Below are positions 15,001-20,411 of a DNA stretch of 47,492 nt, one piece after another. This stretch comes from Candidatus Kaiserbacteria bacterium (GTDB lineage Bacteria; Patescibacteriota; Minisyncoccia; Phycocordibacterales; UBA918). Within the stretch, counting starts at the first letter, position 1. Each line of letters opens with the position of its first letter. The position numbers and the translations under genes are program-made. Where the stretch lies: contig JAYVIL010000021.1 in NCBI GenBank assembly GCA_043770255.1, forward strand, positions 1 to 47,492, in the 5' to 3' direction. The notes under the pieces were generated by a model that had not been told where the DNA came from, ran no database searches, and saw only the letters and a list, made by a program, of their open reading frames with translations.

Positions 15001-17158
15001 CGCCAGTACCGCGATTAAACTAGCTGTGACCTATGACAGTAGTATGCAATCAGACTTTGATGACGTGCGGTTCACGAGTGGTGATGGTGTGACACCAATT
15101 CCGTACTGGATTGAACGCTATACCGCAAGTACCGACGCCACCGTGTGGGTGCGGGTACCAAACTTTCCGGCGAGCGAAACAGCAACCGTATTTATGTACT
15201 ACGGTAGTACGACTGCTGCTAATACTAGTTCGGGAACCACCACCTTTGATGCCTTTGACGATTTTGAAGACAATAATATTACTGAATACAGTGGGGACAC
15301 TTCACTCTTCCAAACGGACACTGCGCCAGTCTATGGCGGAACGTATGCCTTGGAAGCTGTCAACAAGAGCGGTCGAACCACTGACGGTATCTTTAGAACA
15401 GCGATGACAGTGTCGCAAGGTCAAATTATTCGGTGGATGCAGTATTTAGATGCTGTTGGTTCGGGTGACGATGCGTGTACGTTGTTTGGGGTCCAGTCAC
15501 CAGGGGTAAACAATAATAACTACGCTATATGTTTGCAGAAATTTGGTGTTGACCGCCTCGTGATAGCAAAAAATATTTACGACAATGATTCGTCAGGAAC
15601 TGTTCTAGCGTCAACAACTGCAACGTTTGCTACAGGCTGGTACGAAGTTGAGGTAGATTGGCGAACTAATAATTCAATTACCACGTATCTTCGTACTGCG
15701 GCGGGGGCACTTATTGCCACAGCTTCTACAACTGATGCTACCTACACCACTGGTGGTACGGGATTCACCTTCTGGTTCCAAAACGGATCATGGGATAGTT
15801 ACACTGCGCGCACTCGGGCTATGCTCACGCCAACAGTGTACTTTGGTGCCAAGCAAACTGACGGAGGAGCAACCTGGGAACGAGCCCAAAACGTCGCTGG
15901 TAATGGTGCATCAGGTGTTAACAAGCGATTACGTTTTGCCATTGAAAACTCCGGTCTTGATATCACTGGCCAAACCTTTCGTCTCGAGTATGCACAAAAA
16001 GGAGTCGCTCCAAGTTGTGAAGCCGTTGTCAACGCGAGTTACGTTTCAGTACCAAACCAAGCCAGTTGTGGTAGTTCACCACTGTGTATGCAAACCTCAA
16101 CGCAGGTTGCAGACAATGATCCAAGCACTGATTTGCTCGCGAGCACTACCGGCGCCTTTACCGCAGGTAAGGTAATAGAAAGTCCTTCAAACATCACCAG
16201 TTCCCTTGATATTAATCAAAATAGATACACCGAACTTGAATATGTTGTGACGCCAACTATTAACGCCAGTTCATCATACTGTTTGCGTGTCACCAACGGT
16301 GGTACTCCACTCGACTTCTACAACAAAGTAGCGGAACTAAGTCTGCAGTTTGATCCGGTATTTGGTCCGGTGAGTCTCAATGGCGGAAACCCAATTGCGC
16401 TCATCCCTGGAACAACCACAATAATTTACGCCTCAGGTACGGTGACTGACTTAAACGGTACTGGTGATATTACAGCGGGTAGTTCAACTATCTATCGTAG
16501 TGGAGCTGGACCAGCCTGTACCGCGAACACCAATAATTGTTACAAGGCAAATGTCGCGAGTTCCAGTTGTACCATTGGTAGTTGTGCCGGTAATACCTGT
16601 GTCTTAACATGTCGCGCAGATATCTTCTTTAATGCTGACGCCACTGATGCGAGTAGTACCTATCCAGGTGAGACGTGGGAAGCATACCTCGAAGTGAATG
16701 ACGTAGGTGGTGGCTATGATTTTGCATCTGCCATTTCTGTGGAACTCTATACATTACGGGCTGCCTCAGTCAACAACGCTATTAATTACGGAACATTAGC
16801 CTTGGGTGGTAACACGGGAGCTATAAACGCCAGTACCACCGTCTTAAATCTAGGAAATGCTAAATTTAACTTGGAAATGCTTGGTAGCGACCTATCTGAC
16901 GGTGGTAGTTCACGCATCCCGGCTGACCAGCAAAAATTTGCCACGACTTCATTTACGTATTCTGGCTGTGGTATTGGGGTATGTAGTTCACTTTCAAGTA
17001 CTACTCCCGTTCCGTTTGCGGTGGCGCTCGCTAAACCAACCGCACCAACTCCTCCGGTATCAACAGCGGTCTATTGGGGAATTTCGGTACCGGCGGCAGG
17101 AGTTAACAGTGCAGCTCACTCGGGTATCAACGTCTTCACCCCAGTGTATGCTCCGTAG
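2..17158 (+). CDS. Giant modular cell-surface (adhesin-like) protein; 5' end lies outside the window (>=5718 aa visible)
   Basis: Frame 2 is open from nt 2. Nt 2-250 encode ...TPYFEFQSSDPDGTSDITYEFAIS...TTYYWRVRAKD, a third copy of the FN3-like module at 3574-3940 and 4382-4732, so the GTG at 251 in the ORF track is internal. Modules read by eye: FN3-like x3; two 8-repeat W-[ND]-G-x-x-W propeller-like regions; three DUF2341+LamG-like cassettes; three prealbumin/CarboxypepD_reg-like units (VSGRAYEYDG, VSGVVYADDG, ISGNVYSDEG); long beta-helix-like repeats (TF.GVGG.W...GTVTLPTG...GG.F.N.G.F.HNNG); and a Cys-rich C-terminal domain. TAG at 17156-17158. Confidence 0.9.
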   Translation, partial: ASTTPYFEFQSSDPDGTSDITYEFAISTSSDFSSGSTFVSSSSPGFLNTVTATDTSPFFENQKIRYQLQASSSLSDLTTYYWRVRAKDVTGSGNFGDWTTTQSLTVDLAASAPNWYQTFSGQFLSNTLVGAVSNGVDSIQVDATQSTELLLVYGEGVVSTPRYRVWNGTTWGSELNAVAVGGTINWVKTAAGITRNEYALGTLDQGTNAYVQIYSASTSSWGNQTLLASGVADVTRRGIALGYESLSGDLIAVSCAAGAQPVYRVWNGVSWSATSSITVSSVNNCNYLDIASDPASDEMILVVRDTGVQYEALVWDGSAWTNSKVLGSAALAAREGIAIQYEDSGDQAVVIVSNGAGNNILYTTWDGIGWSANATQPIGNDFAFGKLTSDPNSDKLTLCYVDADSDIGVLRWDGGVWSTFFELETAANSATARPFDCPFETAAGRSGYIMVPYSDTTDSRYRVYATSSWNAEATITGVSDSFWINSERSDNGVIVSVNLDDATDILESAFWNGTSWSTKQTIESSPSSVIAAPYEMFDVTAKRFQFTEGVVRTPAINFSFVPNQPTWGDVSFSTSEPFGTDVKVRLRYTSTTTCDTYVPNGALAGNSAGFDVTSIPISLVGLSTTTYSQICLEATLTTLGSASANLNDWTLSWVREPKLIQNNFRWYTNGSFFTPTDPWPVGVSDVAENTALTSSVAVNNTDSIRLRMSLLGSNVIQPTSTKAFKLQYAEGFSCSPTLPWKDVGAVGSTTALWRGVANSIVGTDWYSASWTKRTKLTVLKTLVPESQTNFPVYVNLDDLPDAFFAGVQSDGDDIRITTSDGVTELPFELVSINTSSKIGELHFKASLSSTTDSEFYVYYGNPSASGYTASATYGSQNVWTNSYAGVYHLTQDPTGSAPQILDSTSNARHGSRTGTAGAGRVVTAQLGNGLDFVGTAGDYTIDFPSFGISSNGSYTYSAWFRASTTVNGAAGDGAGTYMTDRTAATNELVGLKVIGGNYAHQYRYNDSSGIGAVSGGAATAASWRHVTWGRAYNSNRFITVDNVRATTTDTASLLTPPLMRLGGHQSNTNFTGVADEVRIASVARSSGWTATEYNNQSNSTGFYALSAEELIGDGRTLPATVLTGSDYRETYEESNPTNLNRNAIATGTDAEWDFSIQNNGATSSTNYCFRMVYADGSSLSSYANYPRLITNAPPLSPVLSAPFDNRQLASTSPWFEFTADDELSDDVSYEIEVDDDVNFGSTVFNRDSVASFALFTNLTNPSQRSQYTSGQTMRFIPNVSLSSGTTYWWRVRAKDDFGSNTNSEWSTPNSFTIASTSITTWFQTTGDQFATNNQFDTIISTSTNDTGIDSSFVVGTTTSTVIDFDDREVGNAWGAFSFNHNVTSGSIRYYIEYRVGGETFALIPDTTLPGNSSGFTASPVSLVSINTTTYNEIRIVGVFSGNSTLPRLLDWTIVWGQTIEMPTLVQPFDNAKVSTTTPSFTFTTTDPESNDLQYEFQLSTAYAFTSSSTFISGVDAGFVNTTSSTDASPFISGNTIRYTAQSALGGGTTYWWRARARDPGGSNSWSSYSEPKSFTVDTGALVSTWHQTTGEQFATNDLVDIETTAGTAKITSVVSEVLMVYGEGTGQSPRYRIWNGSAWSATGTADSVGAQIRWLDLEASPTRPEYALGSLGTDLDVNIQIFNTNTEIWGNTREIQQNITDGLQRGFDIAYEKTSGDLIAVSCDGVDAVYSIWNGTSWSATTSINLANANNCIAVDMAADTTSDEIIAVFKHTNTGTPDYEALVWNGSSWGNSLALADMNENANHGVAIEYEESGNQAIVALTNNLATTLLYATWNGSVWATSSQALGDHIEWASLKRDVGTDNMALCYIDNDANIGVLQWNGSAWGTFTEIEQLGNSKAGQAVDCEFETKTDRDGYLMVPYADTIIGAYQFYATSSFSTEAALATMGDSWRVLTTRAGDGTIHAVYFEDVLDRYELSRFDGSTWTSIESIPTPSITGTPFDGSFAIASQIYPNFTAGSIVSTPISFADGAGPRWEQVLFNDTKPGASTIKYRVYYESSPNVYTIIPDSALSGNSAGFTTSPINIAGLDRTVYAKLKLDAEFICNLGNCPTLNEWSVEWSQGISVSGRAYEYDGVSTTTSGTVAVAVNGVLQVGKTGTIGAGGTWSITNVSAFIDDAITVYVDGAIDANESIAITTYDGIGDVTNMELTKRHVTIGSSDTATTTNSKLLGFDGSDDEDLFIDVTAGSNLDICFEGCADARLKVRAGTVYQPQGNIVTHDFFNFGTFKPATNTIRVRGSWNSQGTFDPDTSTVIFSATSSSETVVATGTALAFHTVTFGETSGAATWTLGKAFDITGSLAVDYGTLARGTSTINLEQNLRIGTAGFMTGIATTTFDGSGSHTWTDTSASSTNVGHVVIDGTAKTITLGGNVAAQSVTIGADDTLNASGSGFNINVVSNWTNNNSFIPQSGTVTFVGTTTGTIARGTSAFNNLTFSGVGGAWSFSTSTLAINNNLTIATGTVTLPTGTTTVGGNFTNSGGTFLHNNGEVRMTSATGGKTITQRATAFLNAFYDLTFTGAGAWSYTESAASTTRHYNIQSGTVTMPTGTLTIGGNFNVTGSGAFAHNNGEIILLVQDANTVRTNGSSINNLRTVGATGSWYNASWSARKPVTINASQVNTNVTDFPVFVDLANLGSDFFSTVKADGGDIRVTTSDGVTEVPLEVVAINTGGQTGEVHFKAPTLSTSTNSTFYIYFGNSAASGYASTTAYGSRNVWTNNYSGVYHLNQDPTGTGAIMLDSTANSRHGTRAGTAAAGRLVSAKIGNGLDMVGASGDYVIEFPSPGLGATSSYTQSAWFRSGATTNGLDNDANGTYMLDRNPAPNDIASLKVIGGNYAHQYRYTDNTGLGAVSGAAVASSSWQYVVWGRSYNVNRFIFTNAVIATATDATNALTLPNPRLGGHNGNTSFVGIADELRIASVARSSGWVTTEYNNQASTTAFYSVSATQLRFSRTFTDTNATVLGNFILDTGGEATFPTGVLGIGGSFDNNAAFTNSSGTVRFNSTAGAETIAMGTSSNFATLEFNSATGNFTVIENATATVAVNLTSASAFTVQSGLTLATLGTFTNAANGSSTTWTGSTLSLSGPDGAINLKTHGGDAYGTILTNGDTDMTMWNSTATSYSTASTSSIYSADHAGVDGDLTIYGNYVRTTGTEFWSYATDFDGVALTGSTSRQVDVRIATSSNVGFVSASLNLVGIAGASTTIDAVSGTYDISATNTTITASNFTVAGANASGLQLNASTTLSTFQDGFFTVVPGRTGITISSSTVTHNPAAQYQRISFATTTAGAATNVTLSGTSSTFVWFRNGTGNLYGEAFDAGDGNPGSIRWDDSSNSIVVSGVVYADDGVTPLGSGACNGSALSVRIVVNNGSYSSSTSCAAGTGAYSFPAVNYIGDPTMIVYLDTNTATGTKGSVVTKTPTTNITNMHLYAGRVITRHQDVVPLTIANMVNFQNSDDSDIQFIATTTGSTSLQVLAPNSLFVFATTTFAPGGNVTLLGNASSSAVEGTLQLGVAATFTASGTETHTLAGRLVLATTSTLTAASSTFVFNATTTGKSITSPNSITFNTLQFTGVGGGWNITAPIVVNNNMDVATGTVTGTNNVTVQNGSLSGNGTLSFGSGTTTIERTNTFGGTRAWNFFNLVLGNGSVVGTTTRSGTATTTVAGRLTITPAHFLVTGSSNWDLSGTGSVFVESGTLNEDTSTFRYSGASSNVLSTAYYNLDINAGAGTPTYTATGVGIAVTNNLTIGGTATTVFDVNTSDPALAVSGSVSVLSNGTFQASNIATTSVGSSFTNLGTFTSNGGIVAMVGAGASTIAPGTGSFGTLLINNVAGSFSVTQTATTTVALNLLNHANFTLASGTTMNIGGTFTNTLGGGATTFSSSTINFYGGGTKTINAKTVSDLYHTIVVATSTNVKMWNSSATTYNASGGLYSQDHAGVDGKLNIYGAYTQTTGADYWSYATDFDGVTLGGSPRKVDVAMASGSSAVYSGGGLEVLGTSSASTTIANQGVGTYGLTISGTASTSWDMVLVRNTNASGTVFSGTPIVNNFSRTDHLIGVNNGTGVTVFGTVIDVNQAKNFTNNVFASSSGVTGATNVTATGTSISSWRFTNHTGTLSGEAYDSDPAGDPGYIVWDDSAALITISGNVYSDEGSTVSTVCDGVTQNILLRVAGLTTYTASCNAGTGAYSIPNVAFSPADTLTVYIDGNARKAVTVSADPVSSISNLHLYENRVIVRHENTSPLSIADMAVWDSSDDADILFTAVDAGTDTLSLAADQKLLIWNGKTFEPAGNVTVTGGGAGGAQDGTLEAQTNATFRALGTETHAIGGSMIFGTGATFTAGQSTTTFTTTGASRTVDVNSNPFYNVAFTGSGSWNVTDATFTSNRSLTQSNGAVTFGSGTTTVGASFNATAGSFTMGGSALVFTSTTTGNTVRFDDSVVPSVLFMGTGGAWSMTDTNASTTGSFTVASGTVTLPTGNLGVARNFENTAGTIINNTADIIMSATSSALLRASSSNLFAVRFIGVGPFMMADVNLTLADSLTMSTGTLTLATGTLSVGGDFVIASGTVNNATGTVLLNATTVGKTVQFGANALYNVVFGSATGGWTFSGNATTTNNFSITGASSFTKSPNTNLNVGGVFTNTVVGSNTTWATTTLRLYGVSGYTLNTKTTGGDVYGTLEIASPLAIRAWNSAAATTTVLGGASFYSQDHAAVDGALNIYGNFTVATTTEYWNYSNDFDGTVLAGAAQRQVNVRLDTNATTTLTTGTLQIIGTAATSTTVAALGSGSYGFVVTGGTLNAQYYSMTNLGATGLTLSGAPTITNLANGAYTLTASGGSLITVAASVLDANASKIFSSVGFATTSAITGNNVTLTGSTSNAWRFSSSYGNLSGEAYDIDGLTACGAIRFDNSGCLLTQQTHYRWRNDDGGEGAPNSEWFNSSFDFRQRVRVVNSDATSYASTAIKLAVTYDSSMQSDFDDVRFTSGDGVTPIPYWIERYTASTDATVWVRVPNFPASETATVFMYYGSTTAANTSSGTTTFDAFDDFEDNNITEYSGDTSLFQTDTAPVYGGTYALEAVNKSGRTTDGIFRTAMTVSQGQIIRWMQYLDAVGSGDDACTLFGVQSPGVNNNNYAICLQKFGVDRLVIAKNIYDNDSSGTVLASTTATFATGWYEVEVDWRTNNSITTYLRTAAGALIATASTTDATYTTGGTGFTFWFQNGSWDSYTARTRAMLTPTVYFGAKQTDGGATWERAQNVAGNGASGVNKRLRFAIENSGLDITGQTFRLEYAQKGVAPSCEAVVNASYVSVPNQASCGSSPLCMQTSTQVADNDPSTDLLASTTGAFTAGKVIESPSNITSSLDINQNRYTELEYVVTPTINASSSYCLRVTNGGTPLDFYNKVAELSLQFDPVFGPVSLNGGNPIALIPGTTTIIYASGTVTDLNGTGDITAGSSTIYRSGAGPACTANTNNCYKANVASSSCTIGSCAGNTCVLTCRADIFFNADATDASSTYPGETWEAYLEVNDVGGGYDFASAISVELYTLRAASVNNAINYGTLALGGNTGAINASTTVLNLGNAKFNLEMLGSDLSDGGSSRIPADQQKFATTSFTYSGCGIGVCSSLSSTTPVPFAVALAKPTAPTPPVSTAVYWGISVPAAGVNSAAHSGINVFTPVYAP
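446..1585 (+). repeat. Propeller-like region copy 1: eight repeats of about 49 aa with a W-[ND]-G-x-x-W core
   Basis: YRVWNGTTWGSE, VQIYSASTSSWGNQ, YRVWNGVSWSAT, ALVWDGSAWTNS, YTTWDGIGWSAN, LRWDGGVWSTF, YRVYATSSWNAE, AFWNGTSWSTK occur at about 49-aa spacing. Collinear with copy 2. Confidence 0.7.
2294..3331 (+). repeat. DUF2341-like + LamG/ConA-like jelly-roll cassette, copy 1
   Basis: WYSASWTKRTKLTV...FPVYVNLDDLPDAFFAGVQSDGDDIRITTSDGVTELPFELV...ELHFKA...EFYVYYGN (DUF2341 pattern), then YAGVYHLTQDP...LDSTSNARHG...GNGLDFVG...ADEVRIASVARSSGWTATEYNNQ (LamG/Laminin_G_3 pattern). Family names are from memory of these motifs. Confidence 0.65.
4850..5986 (+). repeat. Propeller-like region copy 2 (paralogue of 446-1585)
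   Basis: VLMVYGEGTGQSPRYRIWNGSAWSAT...SIWNGTSWSAT...ALVWNGSSWGNS...YATWNGSVWATS...VLQWNGSAWGTF...SRFDGSTWTSI aligns block by block with copy 1, including shared strings such as SGDLIAVSC, DCxFET and GYxMVPY. Confidence 0.7.
7970..9010 (+). repeat. DUF2341-like + LamG-like cassette, copy 2
   Basis: WYNASWSARKPVTI...FPVFVDLANLGSDFFSTVKADGGDIRVTTSDGVTEVPLEVV...FYIYFGN...YSGVYHLNQDP...ADELRIASVARSSGWVTTEYNNQ is collinear with copy 1 along its whole length. Nucleotide identity is only moderate, so the duplication is old. Confidence 0.65.
9389..14867 (+). repeat. Coding super-repeat array: units of 2397 nt (9389-11785) and 2298 nt (11786-14083), plus a partial unit (14084-14867)
   Basis: Landmark strings recur in the same order: W(T/A).ST(L/I)...MWNS.AT.Y...YS(A/Q)DHAGVDG.L.IYG.Y...(F/Y)WSYATDFDGV...GEA(F/Y)D...G.I.WDDS...(V/I)SG.VY.D.G...LY..RVI.RH....PL(T/S)IA(N/D)M. 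An earlier partial copy starts near 6370. Confidence 0.7.
14933..15841 (+). repeat. DUF2341-like + jelly-roll cassette, copy 3 (divergent)
   Basis: WFNSSFDFRQRVRVVN...DFDDVRFTSGDGVTPIPYWIERY...ATVWVRVPNFPASETATVFMYYG, followed by a different beta-rich segment of about 190 aa (FDAFDDFEDNNITEYSGD...GWYEVEVDW...). Confidence 0.55.
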
Positions 17159-17179
17159 GTGCTACAATAATTACAATCT

Positions 17180-18622
17180 ATGCGTTGGTACCTTCTTATA
17201 ATTCCACTACTCGCTTGTGCGTTCCTCGGCTCAAGTGTTTCTGCGCAAACTGATGATACGAAGGCGCCAGAAATATCTAACGTAAAAATCGGCACTACTA
17301 CCAAGGAGAGTGTGACGTTGACGTGGGAGACAGATGAAAAAGCTGACTCCTCAGTCAACTATGGGTTGCAGCCAGACTACGGTATTGTCCGTGTTCCGGT
17401 AGCTGACCGCACGACGCACTCGGTAACATTAAATAATCTGGAACCTGGTCGCGTCTACTATTTCCGGGTGGTGTCAGCTGATGCGGGAGGTAACCAGGGT
17501 ATTTCAGCTGACTATAAAATCCAAACTGATGGTACTCCCGCAATTGGAGAAGGGAAGAGCGACTCTGAGCCAACCAAAGAAATTGTCGAACAGATTAAAC
17601 AAATTACCAGTATACCCAAACTGCAAGAGATTATTGATGAAACTATAAAAGTCATCAAAGGAATATCTCAAATACTAGCCATCGTCGGTCCGCCCACGGT
17701 AATTCCCGAAACAAATTCAGCTTTAATAAAGTGGGTGACAGACAGACCAGCAACTGCAGAAGTGCAGTTTTCCAAGACTCAAGGTTTTGATGGTACGTTT
17801 GATTTTTCTCAATCATCAACTGGCGAACCATCAACTGATCATGAGATTCGAATAATTGGATTAGAGCCGTTTACGGAGTACACCTTTAAAGTGGTATCAA
17901 AAGACACCTATAGTATTGTTGGAGAAAGCCGAAACTATACGTTTAGAACCAAGGCTTCGCTGCCTGATATTCGTAATCTGCGCATTGTAAAGGTGGAAGA
18001 AAATGCCGCGACTCTGGCGTGGGACACAACTGTGCCAGCAAAAGCTCTCATTGAATTTCAGGATTTAACCACCGGTATCCAAAACTCTGTTGGTCGTCCG
18101 ACTTTGGCCACTACTCATCAAATGCGCCTAGCTGACTTGACTCTCGGTACTCGTTACGTAGCTTTTGTGATTGCTGAAAATTCAGGTGGAGACCGTGTCC
18201 GTAGTCAGCCGATTCAGTTTATTACTATTCGTGATATTGCGCCTCCAATTATTACTAACGTGACCAACGAATCAACTATTTTCCCTGGTGGCGAATCACG
18301 CATTCAGACTATTGTTGAATGGAATACTGATGAGTCAGCCAGTTGTCTTATGACGTATCGCGAAGGAGTGGCCGGAGGAGTAGACCCAGTTACGATTGAA
18401 AAAGAAACGGAACAGTTTTCAACCAACCACGTTGAGGTAATTGTCGACTTTGCGCCAGCAACGGTATACCAATTCTGGCTTAACTGTACTGATGAGGCCA
18501 AAAATACTATTCAGTCGGAGAACTTTGTGTTGTTTACTCCTATTCAGGAGAAAAACATCATCGATTTGATTTTGGAAAACTTCCAGAGTACTTTTGGCTG
18601 GGTTAAGAATATAACTAATTAA
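17180..18622 (+). CDS. Secreted protein with four fibronectin type III-like domains
   Basis: Signal peptide MRWYLLIIPLLACAFLGSSVSA, with a possible lipobox LLAC. Four units of about 90 aa: ESVTLTWETDEKADSSVNYG...GRVYYFRVVSADAGGN; ALIKWVTDRPATAEVQF...FTEYTFKVVSKD; ATLAWDTTVPAKALIEF...GTRYVAFVIAEN; IVEWNTDESASCLMTY...ATVYQFWLNCTDEAKN. Starts 21 nt after the giant gene stop. Confidence 0.8.
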   Translation: MRWYLLIIPLLACAFLGSSVSAQTDDTKAPEISNVKIGTTTKESVTLTWETDEKADSSVNYGLQPDYGIVRVPVADRTTHSVTLNNLEPGRVYYFRVVSADAGGNQGISADYKIQTDGTPAIGEGKSDSEPTKEIVEQIKQITSIPKLQEIIDETIKVIKGISQILAIVGPPTVIPETNSALIKWVTDRPATAEVQFSKTQGFDGTFDFSQSSTGEPSTDHEIRIIGLEPFTEYTFKVVSKDTYSIVGESRNYTFRTKASLPDIRNLRIVKVEENAATLAWDTTVPAKALIEFQDLTTGIQNSVGRPTLATTHQMRLADLTLGTRYVAFVIAENSGGDRVRSQPIQFITIRDIAPPIITNVTNESTIFPGGESRIQTIVEWNTDESASCLMTYREGVAGGVDPVTIEKETEQFSTNHVEVIVDFAPATVYQFWLNCTDEAKNTIQSENFVLFTPIQEKNIIDLILENFQSTFGWVKNITN

Positions 18623-18691
18623 AATTAGCTATTTCTTAATCCACCAAAAGGTTTCAGGACTTTCATTAGGGATAGAAAGTCGGAACAAAGT

Positions 18692-18730
18692 AAACCACCA
18701 CCGGCCTTCAGCCGGTGGTGGTTTAGTTCA
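18692..18730 (+). terminator. Rho-independent terminator after the giant gene/FN3 unit
   Basis: Perfect 14-bp stem aaaccaccaccggc (18692-18705) / gccggtggtggttt (18711-18724) with a 5-nt loop. T residues lie at the end of the stem and after it. Confidence 0.8.
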
Positions 18731-18856
18731 TATTTTCAAAACTGGGTTATTAGTGAACTTGAAACTTGTGTGGATACAAATCACATTTGCTAATTCAATC
18801 CGTGTTTTAATGGTAGTACTGAGATTGCGTCTTTGTGTTTAACTCCAATCTGGAGA

Positions 18857-18895
18857 GTTCCAGCGATTTGTCCTAGGAAGTGACAAATCGGGAAC
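18857..18895 (+). promoter_or_regulatory. Stem-loop in the leader of the ABC ATPase gene
   Basis: gttcc(ag)cgatttgtc / gacaaatcg ggaac gives 9+5 bp with a 2-nt bulge and a 9-nt loop. It ends 41 nt before the ATG at 18937. Function unknown. Confidence 0.35.
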
Positions 18896-18936
18896 TAAAT
18901 TCGAAATAATCGCTACGCTCATTTTCTCATTTAAAA

Positions 18937-20259
18937 ATGGCAAAACCGCTCATTACGTGTCGAGATCTTTCGATTATTTATAACAAGGGGAAATCGAATG
19001 AGTTTCGGGCTCTTCAGAATGTAAACACTGACATCTATGAAGGGGAGTATATTATTCTCTTCGGTGCGTCTGGTTCAGGCAAATCAACGCTGATGTATTC
19101 GATTCAAGGGTCGCTCCCACCTGGAGACGGCACGCTCCTTATTCGTGGTGACGATATTTACTCGTACCCACCATCAGAGCGGGTGTATTTCCAGCGCTAC
19201 GTGATGGGGATTATTTTCCAGTCATTTAACCTGATTGGTTCGCTGTCTGTACTCGACAACGTAGCGCTACCGCAAATATTCTGTGATGTTGATAAAACAA
19301 CGCGTGATAGGCGGGCGCAGTCGCTCCTTGATCGTTTCGGTGTAGGACACGTATCACATAAAATTCCTTCGATGCTCTCGGGAGGGCAGCAGCAGCGTGT
19401 GTCTGTTGCTCGCTCGATGGTGAATGACCCAAAAATTCTCTTGGCTGATGAACCAACTGGTAACCTTGACTCAGTCTCAACCCAGCAGGTAATGGACAAG
19501 ATTGATGAAATTAATACGTTTGATAGACGCACCATTATTATGGTGTCCCACAATGCGGCACACCTAAGCTACGCCCACCGCGTATATTATCTCAAAGACG
19601 GCTTTGTGGTGCGTGAAGTCGTAAACCCACAGCGAAAACAAATCAAACCCGTCAGGGAGGGGGAGACGATTGTGACGGAGCTCGAACAACTCGCGCGCCT
19701 GTTCCCTTATGACTCAGTTGATACTCTGCGGGTGAAAAGTATGGTGAACTACCTGACTCAAGACTATACTTTTAATCAACTCAATAAACTCGAGCGCGCA
19801 GTGGGACATTTTATAAAAGGCAAGATTGATCACGATGCGTTTATCAAAGCGCTTATTTTACCGAGTGAACAGGGTGGGGTGGAAATGCCTGAAGCCATAG
19901 CTAAGAAAATGGCCAAGAAATCCGAACTGATGATTCATCAATCAGATGACATTAGGCGTTTTCGTGCCAAAAAAGAAAACCATGGTATCTTCTTTAGTCA
20001 ACATAAATTAGCTGAACGATTAAAGGATCACTTACTTCAGGTCTACAGGATTAATCTCTCAAAAGATCAAGCCACAAACCTCACTGAACTCATCGCCGAC
20101 CGCGTCACTGGAGTAAGCGGGGAAGAAGATTTTAACATTCGCCTCATGGCGGGCATCAGACAACGTGGCTTAGCGCTGTCTGAATCAGAAGCAGATGAGA
20201 TCACACGTTACTTTGAGAAATTGATTGCACAAGGGGTCGACGTTTCATATAAGAGTTAA
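18937..20259 (+). CDS. ABC transporter ATP-binding protein (MacB/LolD/FtsE-like) with a helical C-terminal extension of about 215 aa
   Basis: Walker [10 protein letters not shown], signature [14 protein letters not shown], Walker [14 protein letters not shown]-loop MVSHN. The NBD ends near aa 225. The rest (to aa 440) is charged and helical and contains two similar units of about 65 aa. Confidence 0.93.
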   Translation: MAKPLITCRDLSIIYNKGKSNEFRALQNVNTDIYEGEYIILFGASGSGKSTLMYSIQGSLPPGDGTLLIRGDDIYSYPPSERVYFQRYVMGIIFQSFNLIGSLSVLDNVALPQIFCDVDKTTRDRRAQSLLDRFGVGHVSHKIPSMLSGGQQQRVSVARSMVNDPKILLADEPTGNLDSVSTQQVMDKIDEINTFDRRTIIMVSHNAAHLSYAHRVYYLKDGFVVREVVNPQRKQIKPVREGETIVTELEQLARLFPYDSVDTLRVKSMVNYLTQDYTFNQLNKLERAVGHFIKGKIDHDAFIKALILPSEQGGVEMPEAIAKKMAKKSELMIHQSDDIRRFRAKKENHGIFFSQHKLAERLKDHLLQVYRINLSKDQATNLTELIADRVTGVSGEEDFNIRLMAGIRQRGLALSESEADEITRYFEKLIAQGVDVSYKS

Positions 20260-20269
20260 TCTGAGTTAC

Positions 20270-20339
20270 ATAGTTAAATAGTTTCATTGTTGCAAAGTGG
20301 TCACAACTACACCATGCAACCATGCAACTATTTAACTAT
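20270..20339 (+). repeat. Inverted repeat in the 152-nt gap between the ABC ATPase and permease genes
   Basis: Perfect 14-nt arms atagttaaatagtt (20270-20283) and aactatttaactat (20326-20339). The 42-nt spacer contains gttgca plus two copies of its complement (catgcaac catgcaac). Confidence 0.45.
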
Positions 20340-20411
20340 TCAACCAGCCCTCCTTTAAAACTGTGAGTTGCATCAAGTTAGGGGTTATATACATGTCATA
20401 ATGTATTAATA

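Noticed and set aside
16340-17155. Diversity-generating retroelement targeting of the C-terminal domains of the surface proteins
   Set aside because: I found no reverse transcriptase gene and no template/variable repeat pair with A-specific mismatches in the window.
251-17158. The GTG at 251 as the start of the giant ORF (ORF-track coordinates)
   Set aside because: The frame stays open to nt 2, and the upstream 83 codons encode a full copy of a module repeated later in the protein. The real start is outside the window.
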